Source: an uncultured Aliarcobacter sp. (GTDB lineage: Bacteria > Campylobacterota > Campylobacteria > Campylobacterales > Arcobacteraceae). From it: 64,000 nt of DNA. The DNA lies in contig CAXXLV010000001.1 in NCBI GenBank assembly GCA_963664305.2, positions 256,001 to 320,000 of the forward strand, given 5' to 3'. The translations under genes and the position numbers were made by a program. The notes under the pieces are model-generated. The model made no database searches, was not told the DNA's origin, and was given only the letters and a program-made list of their open reading frames with translations. Below, piece by piece: positions 54,001 to 62,581 of the stretch. The first letter of the stretch is position 1. Each line of letters opens with the position of its first letter.

Positions 54001-54948
54001 TTATTTATATGCCGATAATGTATACGCCGTTGTGAACGCACCATTTTCTTGACCTGTATGATAGAAAATCCCTCTCCATAATTCATCTTCAGTCCAAGTA
54101 ACAGTTGGCATATCTGGTTGCATTAAATATCCAAGTCCAGCAAATGTTTCAAGTCTATGTCCAGATGGGTCAAAGAAATAAATTGTTTCACCTCTTGTAA
54201 TTCCATGTCTTTGTGGAGTAACATCAATTTTTACATTATGCATTGCCATAACATCTGCTGCTCTTAAAATATCATTCCATCCATCTAAGAAAAATGCAAA
54301 GTGATGCATTCCAGTTTCAGGACCAGCAACAAATGCTAAATCATGAGGAGTTGAAGTTCTTGCCAACCAAGTTGCAGCTTGAAGTGAACCTTCTGGTCCT
54401 ACACAAACTTGTTCCGCTAAATTAAATTCTAAAACTTCTTGGAAGAATTTTGTTCCAGCCATAACTTTTTCTGGTCCTTCACACATTAATAAAATATGGT
54501 CTATCCAGTGTGCTTTGATACCTTTTCCATTAAATGGCCAAGGTCTTGGATTTGTATCTCCAACTTCTTTACCTACAAAAGTTTTTTGGGCATATAAATT
54601 AAATTCATGTCCACTTGGAGCAATAAATTTTAAAATTCTTCCACATTCAGCAACACTTCCAGCTGGTAAAATTTCAGTTGAAACACCATATGCTTCAATT
54701 TTTACTTTTAAATCATCTATATCAGAATCTTTTTCAACTTTATAAGCAACTCTGTTAAATGTAGCCTCTTCGCTTGGTCTTAAAACTAAGCTATATTTAT
54801 CCCATTCATCCCAACATTTTAAATATAATGTACCATCCGCATCTTCTCTAGTAACATCCATACCCATAATTTCTACATAATATTTTCTTGATTCGTTGAT
54901 ATCTAATACATTTAAATCAACATGTCCAATTCTCATAACTCCACTCAT
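54001..54948 (-). CDS. dmpB: Catechol 2,3-dioxygenase
   Basis: GVMRIGH, YLKCWDEWDKYS, WIDHILL, HHFAF, HGITRGETIYFFDPSGHRLETF. Confidence 0.96.
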   Translation of the reverse strand: MSGVMRIGHVDLNVLDINESRKYYVEIMGMDVTREDADGTLYLKCWDEWDKYSLVLRPSEEATFNRVAYKVEKDSDIDDLKVKIEAYGVSTEILPAGSVAECGRILKFIAPSGHEFNLYAQKTFVGKEVGDTNPRPWPFNGKGIKAHWIDHILLMCEGPEKVMAGTKFFQEVLEFNLAEQVCVGPEGSLQAATWLARTSTPHDLAFVAGPETGMHHFAFFLDGWNDILRAADVMAMHNVKIDVTPQRHGITRGETIYFFDPSGHRLETFAGLGYLMQPDMPTVTWTEDELWRGIFYHTGQENGAFTTAYTLSAYK

Positions 54949-54964
54949 TTTCTCTCCTTAGTTT

Positions 54965-55282
54965 TTAAGATCCAAATCTATACATTTGTTTACTTTTGTT
55001 TTTTGCTCTTGATATGAATTCTATTTCCATATCATCTCTTGGAAAAACTTTACAAGCTAACACAATATTGTCATTTTCTTCTTCTTCTGATATATGTTTT
55101 CGGTTCATTTTTTCTTTACTATATTCACCATGATAAACTTTTATTTTACATACACCACAAGCTCCATTATGACAACCACTTGGCACTAAATCTGAATGTA
55201 CATATAAGCCATCCATTAAGTTTTTATTCTCAAGGCATTGTTGACTTCTGTCTTTGTCTTTAACAAATACATTATGTTTCAA
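54965..55282 (-). CDS. dmpQ: XylT/DmpQ-type [2Fe-2S] ferredoxin (C23O reactivase)
   Basis: GCHNGACGVCK, MNRKHIS, LACKVFP; directly upstream of C23O. Confidence 0.9.
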   Translation of the reverse strand: MKHNVFVKDKDRSQQCLENKNLMDGLYVHSDLVPSGCHNGACGVCKIKVYHGEYSKEKMNRKHISEEEENDNIVLACKVFPRDDMEIEFISRAKNKSKQMYRFGS

Positions 55283-55334
55283 ATCTTATCCTTAGTAATA
55301 AATTTAAAAAGCTTTTGACTTTTTAACTATGGGA

Positions 55335-55366
55335 ACTTTACTTTAAATAATTCGCATAAAAATCGC
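55335..55366 (-). promoter_or_regulatory. Direct-repeat box GCGAT-N6-GCGAA plus possible -10 (TAAAGT) upstream of the meta operon
   Basis: Plus strand ATCGC 55362-66 and TTCGC 55351-55; ACTTTA 55335-40 (10-nt spacer). Confidence 0.65.
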
Positions 55367-55380
55367 AATTATCTCTTTTT

Positions 55381-56328
55381 TCAAATTTTTTTGTTTTTTT
55401 CTTCAAGAACTTCAATAAGTTCCTTAACAGCGTTAATTGATTCACTAAATTGTGACTGTTGTTCTTTAGTTAAATCCAGTTCAATTATCTTCTCAACACC
55501 ATCTTTGCCTAAAATTACAGGAATTCCTGCAACAACATTTTCATATCCATACTCACCATTTAACATCACAGAACATGGATAAATTTCTTTTTTATCATTT
55601 AATATTGCATCTATCATTACGGCTGTTGAATTAGCAGGTGCAAAGTAAGCAGAACCTGTTTTTAGTAAATTTACTATTTGTGCTCCACCATTTTTTGTTT
55701 GATTGATAATTTCATCTATATCCTCTTTAGATAAAACCTCATCCAAAAATTTATTTGATACTTTTGAGTAAGAAACTAAAGGAACCATTTCATTCCCATG
55801 TCCACCCATCACAGAAGCAGCTATCTCATTTTTTTTAGAATTTAATTTTTCATATATAAAATGGCTCATTCTTGCACTATCTAAAATTCCAGCCATTCCA
55901 AAAATTTTATTTCTTGGCCATTTTGAAACTTCAAGTGCTTTATAAACCATTGCATCTAAAGGATTTGATACAATGATAATTATTGCATTTGGGTTATATT
56001 TAATAACATCACTTATCAATGATTCAATAATCCCTGCATTTATATGTAATAAATCATCTCTACTCATTCCAGGTTTTCTAGCAATTCCAGCAGTAATAAC
56101 AACAACATCACAATCATAAAAATCTTCACTTTTAGATATTGCAAATATTTTTGCTTTATCATTTGTTGCAAAAGTAGCTTGTGAGATATCTAACATCATT
56201 GCAGTAGTTAAATCTTCACGAATATCTTTTAGTAATATTTCTGAACAAATATTTTTTAAAGCTAATGTATAAGCTAAAGTTGCACCAACATTCCCAACAC
56301 CAATTATTCCAACTCTTTTACTCTCCAC
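55381..56328 (-). CDS. mdh: Malate dehydrogenase (LDH-like)
   Basis: GVGNVG, TAGIARKPGMSRDDL, VSNPLD, LDSAR, GGHG, GSAYFAPA. Confidence 0.92.
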   Translation of the reverse strand: MESKRVGIIGVGNVGATLAYTLALKNICSEILLKDIREDLTTAMMLDISQATFATNDKAKIFAISKSEDFYDCDVVVITAGIARKPGMSRDDLLHINAGIIESLISDVIKYNPNAIIIIVSNPLDAMVYKALEVSKWPRNKIFGMAGILDSARMSHFIYEKLNSKKNEIAASVMGGHGNEMVPLVSYSKVSNKFLDEVLSKEDIDEIINQTKNGGAQIVNLLKTGSAYFAPANSTAVMIDAILNDKKEIYPCSVMLNGEYGYENVVAGIPVILGKDGVEKIIELDLTKEQQSQFSESINAVKELIEVLEEKNKKI

Positions 56329-56354
56329 ATTTCTCCTTTTTATTTTTTAGAAAT

Positions 56355-56384
56355 GTTATATAAATCCAATCGCTTTCTAATCGC
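56355..56384 (-). promoter_or_regulatory. Direct-repeat box GCGAT-N6-GCGAT plus -10 (TATAAC) upstream of mdh
   Basis: Plus strand ATCGC 56380-84 and 56369-73; GTTATA 56355-60 (8-nt spacer). Confidence 0.75.
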
Positions 56385-56397
56385 TTAATTTTTGTTA

Positions 56398-56435
56398 AAT
56401 TTCGATTTATGTTATACTTCAAATAAATCGAAATT
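56398..56435 (+). promoter_or_regulatory. 13-bp perfect inverted repeat enclosing an extended -10 (TGnTATACT) upstream of the histidine kinase
   Basis: AATTTCGATTTAT (56398-410) / ATAAATCGAAATT (56423-435); TATACT 56413-18. Confidence 0.65.
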
Positions 56436-56444
56436 AGAGTATAT

Positions 56445-57698
56445 ATGGCAAAAAAATTTTCACTTACTTTTATAATAATAGGAATAATTGGAGTAATTTC
56501 TCTGGATAAATTAATAGAGATATTTTCTAAAAACAATGAATTGTCTCAAGAAGGTCCATTTTCAATTGCAATCTTTTTTATGATTACAACAGGAATTATT
56601 TTATACTTCATAATACATCATATGGAAAAAGTAATTGAAAAAATAGATAAATCATATAATGAATTAAAAAGAAAAGATAAAAGTAGAATTGCACCTTATG
56701 AATTTTCCCTTGATAATTCTGTTGATTCTATTCACTGGTTAAATTTAGATGGAAAATTTTTATATGTAAATGAATCAACATGTAGAATGGAAGGTTATAC
56801 TAAAGAAGAATTTAAAGATATGTATTTGGAAGATATTGACCCATCATTTGATAGAGAAGGTGCTAAAAAATGTATGCAAGATATAAAAAATACTGAAAAT
56901 TGGAGATTAGAATCTACTCATAAAAGAAAAGATGGAAGTATATATCCTGTAGAAGTATCTGGACATGCATTTATTTTTGAAGGACAAGAATATATTTGTG
57001 CTTTTGCAAGAGATATCACTCAAAGATTAGAAGATAAAAACAATATAACAAAAATAAATCAAGAACTACAAAAATCTTTAGCAGAAAAAGAGATGTTATT
57101 AAAAGAGATTCATCATAGAGTAAAAAATAATATGGAAATCATTTCTTCTTTATTAAATATGCAAGCAAGAAGAAGTGATGATATAAATTTCAAAAATGCA
57201 ATGAAACAAAGTAGAAGTAGAATTCTTACAATGGCTCTTGTTCATGAATTTTTATATTTAGGTGAAAATTTAGCCTACATAAATATTCAAGAATATATAA
57301 AAAAATTAGTTCAAGATATAAAAGAATTGTACATTTCTCAAAATACAAATTTAGAAGTTGATTTACATATTGATAATTTAATATTTTCAGCAAATAGATG
57401 TATTCAAGTAGGAATGATTTTACACGAATTATGCGTAAATTCTTTAAAATATGCTTTTGAAGAAAATAGAAAAAATCTTTTATGTATTCATATAAATAAA
57501 ATCAATGATGATATTAATATAAAAATTAGAGACAATGGAGATAAAGAAATTGATATAACTAATTTACAAAAAAGGGACTCTATTGGATTACAATTAATTT
57601 ATTCAATAGTTGATTTTCAATTGCATGGAAAATTAGAATTTAAAATAAATAGAGGATTGGAATGTAATATCACATTCCCAGAAAAGGAAGAGATATGA
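56445..57698 (+). CDS. Sensor histidine kinase: 2 TM, PAS, HisKA_2, HATPase
   Basis: PAS (DGKFLYVN...GYTKEEF...KRKDGSIYPVEV...ARDIT), LLKEIHHRVKNN H-box, ELCVNSLKYAF N-box. Confidence 0.9.
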   Translation: MAKKFSLTFIIIGIIGVISLDKLIEIFSKNNELSQEGPFSIAIFFMITTGIILYFIIHHMEKVIEKIDKSYNELKRKDKSRIAPYEFSLDNSVDSIHWLNLDGKFLYVNESTCRMEGYTKEEFKDMYLEDIDPSFDREGAKKCMQDIKNTENWRLESTHKRKDGSIYPVEVSGHAFIFEGQEYICAFARDITQRLEDKNNITKINQELQKSLAEKEMLLKEIHHRVKNNMEIISSLLNMQARRSDDINFKNAMKQSRSRILTMALVHEFLYLGENLAYINIQEYIKKLVQDIKELYISQNTNLEVDLHIDNLIFSANRCIQVGMILHELCVNSLKYAFEENRKNLLCIHINKINDDINIKIRDNGDKEIDITNLQKRDSIGLQLIYSIVDFQLHGKLEFKINRGLECNITFPEKEEI

Positions 57699-58453
57699 TA
57701 AAAACAAAAATACTTATTGTAGAAGATGAACCAATAATTGCTTTAAATTTACAAGAAACTCTAGAAGAATTAGGTTATGAAACTTTTGGTATTACTAATA
57801 ATAGATGTAGAACTTTAGAATTACTAAAAAGTGAAGAAATACCTGATTTAATATTAATGGATATTTATTTACAAGGCCCTACAACTGGAATACAATTAGC
57901 TAAAGAATTAAAAAATTCATTACCAAATGTTCCTATAATCTTTTTAACAGCAAATTCTGAATATGCAACAATCAAAGAAGCTTCAGAAACTTTTGCTTAT
58001 GGATATTTAGTAAAACCTTATAAAAAAAATACTCTGTTTGCGACTATTGAATTAGCATTAAAAAAAGCAAAAGAAGAACTTACTCAGAAATTAGATTTTG
58101 AGTCATTAAAAAATATAAACAAAACTTTAGAGCATAAATTAACACTGAATCAAGAATCAAAGTCAAGAACAATTAAACTCAAATATGGTTATTTATTTGA
58201 TAAAGAAAAAGAAATTTTGTATTATGGAGATGAAGTAGTAAAACTAACAAATAAAGAAACAGATATCATCAAAGCTTTATGTAAAACTCCTGGTCAAAAG
58301 ATTTCTCAAGAACAATTAGAATATGCAATTTGGCAAAATGAACCAGCTGGTTATGCTGCTTTTAGGTCTGTATTATTCAGACTTAGAAATAAAATACATA
58401 AAGATTTAATAACTAATCAAAATAACACAGGATATAGAATAGAACTTTTATAA
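57695..58453 (+). CDS. Response regulator, receiver + OmpR/PhoB-type winged helix
   Basis: IVEDE, LMDI, FLTA, YLVKP; C-terminal LTNKE...EQLEYAIW...RSVLFRLRNKI...GYRI; overlaps kinase stop (ATGA). Confidence 0.9.
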   Translation: MIKTKILIVEDEPIIALNLQETLEELGYETFGITNNRCRTLELLKSEEIPDLILMDIYLQGPTTGIQLAKELKNSLPNVPIIFLTANSEYATIKEASETFAYGYLVKPYKKNTLFATIELALKKAKEELTQKLDFESLKNINKTLEHKLTLNQESKSRTIKLKYGYLFDKEKEILYYGDEVVKLTNKETDIIKALCKTPGQKISQEQLEYAIWQNEPAGYAAFRSVLFRLRNKIHKDLITNQNNTGYRIELL

Positions 58454-58460
58454 TTCTATT

Positions 58461-59267
58461 TTATATCAATGAATAAATCATTTTTATACTAAGAGCTAAA
58501 GGTATTAAAGAGAATAATTTTTTCATCAAATCTACATTTATTTTATGAACTAACATAACTCCAACTGGAGCAGTTAAATAACTTGCAAAGGCAACACAAA
58601 TAAGTGCAGGGATTGAAACAAAACCTAAAGTATAAGTCTCCATTGAAGTATGACTCCAACCGTTTATTATATATCCTATAGTTCCAGAAATTGCAATTGG
58701 TAAACCAATAGCTGAAGATGTAGCAATTGCTTTTTTGATATCAATATTTTGAATTAATAAATATGGAACACTCATTATTCCTCCACCAATAGAAACAAGT
58801 GAAGATAAAGCTCCAATTGCACTACCTGATAAAATATGTGTTTTTGCTGTGAAAATTTTATTTTCTGGTTTTGGTTTTTTACCAATAAACATCATAACGG
58901 CTGAATAAAACATAAAACAAGCAAAGATTATAGATAAATAAAATGAGTCTAATTTTGAAGCTATAAATGTGGCTAAAAAAGTTCCTATAATAATACCTGG
59001 AACCATCATTTTAACAACATCCCAAACTATTGCTTTTTTCTTTTGTTGAGCTTTGATACTTGAAATTGAAGTAATAATTATAATAGCCATTGAAGTTCCT
59101 AAAGCTAAGTGAACAACGCTATTTTCAGCTATTGTATTATTTGCTAAAAACATAGCTGTTAAAACAGGAACAATAATTCCTCCACCACCTATTCCAAAAA
59201 GTCCAGAAACTACTCCAACAAATGAACCTAAGGCTAAAAAATAAATAATTGTTTGAATATCTAACAT
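58461..59267 (-). CDS. TauE/SafE (TSUP) family membrane exporter
   Basis: GLFGIGGGGIIVP, ALGTS, SIGGG...VP, AIATS. Confidence 0.9.
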   Translation of the reverse strand: MLDIQTIIYFLALGSFVGVVSGLFGIGGGGIIVPVLTAMFLANNTIAENSVVHLALGTSMAIIIITSISSIKAQQKKKAIVWDVVKMMVPGIIIGTFLATFIASKLDSFYLSIIFACFMFYSAVMMFIGKKPKPENKIFTAKTHILSGSAIGALSSLVSIGGGIMSVPYLLIQNIDIKKAIATSSAIGLPIAISGTIGYIINGWSHTSMETYTLGFVSIPALICVAFASYLTAPVGVMLVHKINVDLMKKLFSLIPLALSIKMIYSLI

Positions 59268-59283
59268 GATAATCCTTTAAAAT

Positions 59284-59316
59284 AAAAAAAGATACAACTT
59301 TATAGTTGTATCTTTT
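59284..59316 (-). terminator. Intrinsic terminator after dmpP
   Basis: AAAAGATACAACT-N4-AGTTGTATCTTTT perfect stem followed by a T-run on the minus strand. Confidence 0.8.
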
Positions 59317-60373
59317 AGATAGATTTAAAAAGTGGACTTTTTATTTTATCGCTGTGCAGGTCAGCTTTTGAGAAGAATTTTTCAGTATGTATATCTTTTT
59401 CAAATAATCTTCCTTGCATAAGTGCAGTAATACAAGCTTCACTCATCATTGGAGGTCCGCATAAATATGCTTTATTTCCTGCAAATTGATTATTATAAAG
59501 TTTTTTAGCTACATCATTTGTAAATCCAATTTCACCAGCCCATGATGGATTTTCATTATTTGATAAAACTGGAACATACCTAAAATTATCATATTTCTTT
59601 TCTAAATCTCTGAACATATCAGCATAATAAAGTTCTTCTTCATTTCTTGCACCATGAAACAAAGTAATTGGTTGAGTACAACCATTTTCTAACTCATCTA
59701 AAATCATAGATTTTGGACTTGAAAGTCCCGAACCACCTGCAAAAAATATCATTGGTTTTTGTGCTGATTTTTTTACAAAAAATCTTCCAAAAGGACCAGT
59801 GATTTTTCTTCTATCTCCAACTTTTACATTTTGATGAATCCAAGGTGTTGCTTCACCATCAGGAATAAGTCCAATATTTAATTCAATTACTTTTCCAGTA
59901 CTTGGTTGATTCGCTAGTGAAAATGCTCTTGGTTCATCAAATCCTGGAACATGATAATTTATATATTGACCAGCTTGAAAATCTAACTCTTCATCAAGTT
60001 CAATCCAAAGTCCTAAGATTCTTGGAGTTAACATCTCTCTTTTGATAACTGTTCCCCAAACATCTTTAACTTTTATACTTCTAGCATCAACATCCACATC
60101 AATATCAGCTTCAATAACAACATCATTAATTGCTGTTGCTGTACAAGCCAAACAAAAACCATCTTCTCTTTCACTCTCCATCAAAGCAAAATATGAAGCA
60201 TCACCTAAATCAACCTCTCCTTCTAAAACCTCAACTTTACAAGTTCCGCAAAGTCCGTGATTACAAGCATGAGGAAGATAAACCCCTTGTCGTAGAGCTG
60301 CATCAAGAAGGGTTTGCCCTTCTTGAACTTCTACTATATCACCTGTTGGTTCTATTTCTAATTTACAAGCCAA
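59315..60373 (-). CDS. dmpP: Phenol hydroxylase reductase P5
   Basis: CNHGLCGTC [2Fe-2S], FQAGQY, RAFSLAN, GGSGLSSPKSM, YLCGPP. Confidence 0.95.
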   Translation of the reverse strand: MACKLEIEPTGDIVEVQEGQTLLDAALRQGVYLPHACNHGLCGTCKVEVLEGEVDLGDASYFALMESEREDGFCLACTATAINDVVIEADIDVDVDARSIKVKDVWGTVIKREMLTPRILGLWIELDEELDFQAGQYINYHVPGFDEPRAFSLANQPSTGKVIELNIGLIPDGEATPWIHQNVKVGDRRKITGPFGRFFVKKSAQKPMIFFAGGSGLSSPKSMILDELENGCTQPITLFHGARNEEELYYADMFRDLEKKYDNFRYVPVLSNNENPSWAGEIGFTNDVAKKLYNNQFAGNKAYLCGPPMMSEACITALMQGRLFEKDIHTEKFFSKADLHSDKIKSPLFKSI

Positions 60374-60374
60374 T

Positions 60375-60734
60375 TTATGCTCCTACTTTACCTATCAAAT
60401 CTGGTGTTTTAAAAGTGATAAATGATTTATGTCCAACACCATTTTCTTTTAAACTTTTTGAAAAATCAGGTGTTATAACTTTTCCATCAACTTCCCAAAT
60501 AACTTCTGTTTTATCAAAATCTAAATCTTTAAAATCTAGTTCAATTTTATATGTTACTGGAATTAAATCAGAAATTATCGCACCAAAAGGCATTTCAGGA
60601 GGTAATGGAAATGCTCTTGGAGAGCTAACTACTCTATGTCCATACCAATATAGATACACTAATTGATTTCCATGAAATTTATCTACACTATCTTTCATTA
60701 TGATTGGATATTCTCCAATTGATTGAATTGCCAT
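60375..60734 (-). CDS. dmpO: Phenol hydroxylase gamma subunit P4
   Basis: FHGNQLVYLYW..H, PPEMPFG, PDFSKSLKENGVGHKS. Confidence 0.93.
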   Translation of the reverse strand: MAIQSIGEYPIIMKDSVDKFHGNQLVYLYWYGHRVVSSPRAFPLPPEMPFGAIISDLIPVTYKIELDFKDLDFDKTEVIWEVDGKVITPDFSKSLKENGVGHKSFITFKTPDLIGKVGA

Positions 60735-60745
60735 TTTTTCTCCTT

Positions 60746-62260
60746 TTATTTATTTCTTAATTTGTTCCACATAGCTTCATCAGGAGAACCTATATAATCC
60801 ATATTATCTACACCATGTTCTATTTTGTACCATTTTAAAACTTCTGGAATAGTAGCTCCACCACAGTTTCCTTGGAATATTTGATGTGGAGGTAACCAAG
60901 CTTGAACATATTTTTCAGGCTGTGCATCAAATATATCTTTACATCCATCAGAACAAGTATGGAAAATTTCTCCATTATATTCAGATGTTTTATGTGTATA
61001 AACATGTGGATTTCCACCTTCGATATCTGTAAATCCTAATGGAATTTGACAAGTTTGACAAATCAAAGGTAAAGTTTCAGAATAATATCTTTCCCCTTTT
61101 TCTTGTAAAGCTATATATCTTTCAAACATTGGTCTATAATATTTATCAAAAGTATCTGGATATTTTTGACTTAACCAATTCATTTTTTCTTCGTCTGGCA
61201 TCCAAATATGAATATTTGCAGCATTTGTATGATTATAGAAAATATTCCATACTTGATGAGATAAATGCCCTTTTTCAGCAATAATTGTATTTACTAATTT
61301 TTCAGGAATTTTAATTCCATATTTTTCTAAATCTTTATATAAGGCCATACAGTTTTGTTCGATATATAATTCAACTGCTTCTGCCCAAGATGTTGGAGAG
61401 TTAGGTAGCATATAATCCATCATCATAGCTACAAGACCTAACATTCTGTAACCTCTCCATAACCATTTATCCATCCATTTTTGAACAATTGGAACATTAT
61501 CTGCATCTTGTTCTAACATGAATTTAATAGCTGATAATCCTAAAGTCATATGTCTTGATTCATCACTTTGTGCAGAAAAACCAAATGTAACTGTTGCCAT
61601 ATCTCCATTATAAGCAGCTCCACTCATAAATGGAACAAATAATAAACTTGTTAATACAAATTCAAAAGAGAATGAAATAGCTGTTAAATATTCAAAAGGT
61701 CCTGCTGTACTTGCATCATCTCCAAATGATTTTGGAACTGATAAATACCAAACTCTATCATGCATTGTTCTAAAATTATGAAAACCATTAAAATATTTAT
61801 TATAATGACTCATTGTATGTACTTGAGTTTGGAAATGTCTTAACTCATCAATAGCTTGCATTTGGCATGCAATTGAAGCACCCTCACCTTTAAAAGCACG
61901 TGCTGCGTGAGAAAAACCTTGAACAACTTTATATTCAAGTGGTGTTACACCTGTTAAAAATAGTTTTAGTGCATTTACATATCTTGCATCTGAAATATTT
62001 TTTTGTGCATTGTTTTGAGCAAAAGCATCAATAATTGAATAAAGTTTTTTATCTTTTTCAGCTTGTAATTTCCAATAAGAATCCATTGTCATTCTAAATG
62101 GATCTTCCCATGCTTCCCAATCATGAATTTTCAATCCTTCCATTTTTAAAAAAGGAAAAACATCTTCTTCTTTTTGGTAAGTTGGATCCCAACCAAGTCT
62201 AGTCATATATTTATATGCATCTTTTTTATTTAATCTTTTTTTTCTAGGTTCTACACTCAT
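60746..62260 (-). CDS. dmpN: Phenol hydroxylase alpha (diiron) subunit P3
   Basis: WEDPFR, two ExxH motifs (DELRH, DESRH), HDRVWYLSVPKSF, YHS-like CSDGC. Confidence 0.97.
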   Translation of the reverse strand: MSVEPRKKRLNKKDAYKYMTRLGWDPTYQKEEDVFPFLKMEGLKIHDWEAWEDPFRMTMDSYWKLQAEKDKKLYSIIDAFAQNNAQKNISDARYVNALKLFLTGVTPLEYKVVQGFSHAARAFKGEGASIACQMQAIDELRHFQTQVHTMSHYNKYFNGFHNFRTMHDRVWYLSVPKSFGDDASTAGPFEYLTAISFSFEFVLTSLLFVPFMSGAAYNGDMATVTFGFSAQSDESRHMTLGLSAIKFMLEQDADNVPIVQKWMDKWLWRGYRMLGLVAMMMDYMLPNSPTSWAEAVELYIEQNCMALYKDLEKYGIKIPEKLVNTIIAEKGHLSHQVWNIFYNHTNAANIHIWMPDEEKMNWLSQKYPDTFDKYYRPMFERYIALQEKGERYYSETLPLICQTCQIPLGFTDIEGGNPHVYTHKTSEYNGEIFHTCSDGCKDIFDAQPEKYVQAWLPPHQIFQGNCGGATIPEVLKWYKIEHGVDNMDYIGSPDEAMWNKLRNK

Positions 62261-62281
62261 AATATCTCCCTTATTTTTGTA

Positions 62282-62557
62282 TTAGTTATTCCAATAAACG
62301 ATGAATTCATCATCTGTTTCTTCTACTTGTCCACCTAAAGAAATAAGTACTAATTGTAATTCTTCAGGATCCCAATCTCTTCCTAAAGCTTCTGATACTG
62401 TAGAAGCTTTTACAGTAATTTTTTCTGGTCTCTCAATTTGAATCATTGCTGGTTTATTAGTAATTATTACACCTTCATTATCTTCTTTGATTGCTTCTGC
62501 TATTGTTCTTCCATCTTCTGTAGATTGAAGACATAATAATGCTATACTTGATGACAT
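62282..62557 (-). CDS. dmpM: Phenol hydroxylase effector/coupling protein P2 (MmoB/DmpM)
   Basis: I.EAI..DN, PAMI.I, LGRDWD..ELQ..LISLGGQVEETDD. Confidence 0.93.
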   Translation of the reverse strand: MSSSIALLCLQSTEDGRTIAEAIKEDNEGVIITNKPAMIQIERPEKITVKASTVSEALGRDWDPEELQLVLISLGGQVEETDDEFIVYWNN

Positions 62558-62581
62558 ACGTTTCCCTTTTATTATTAATTT

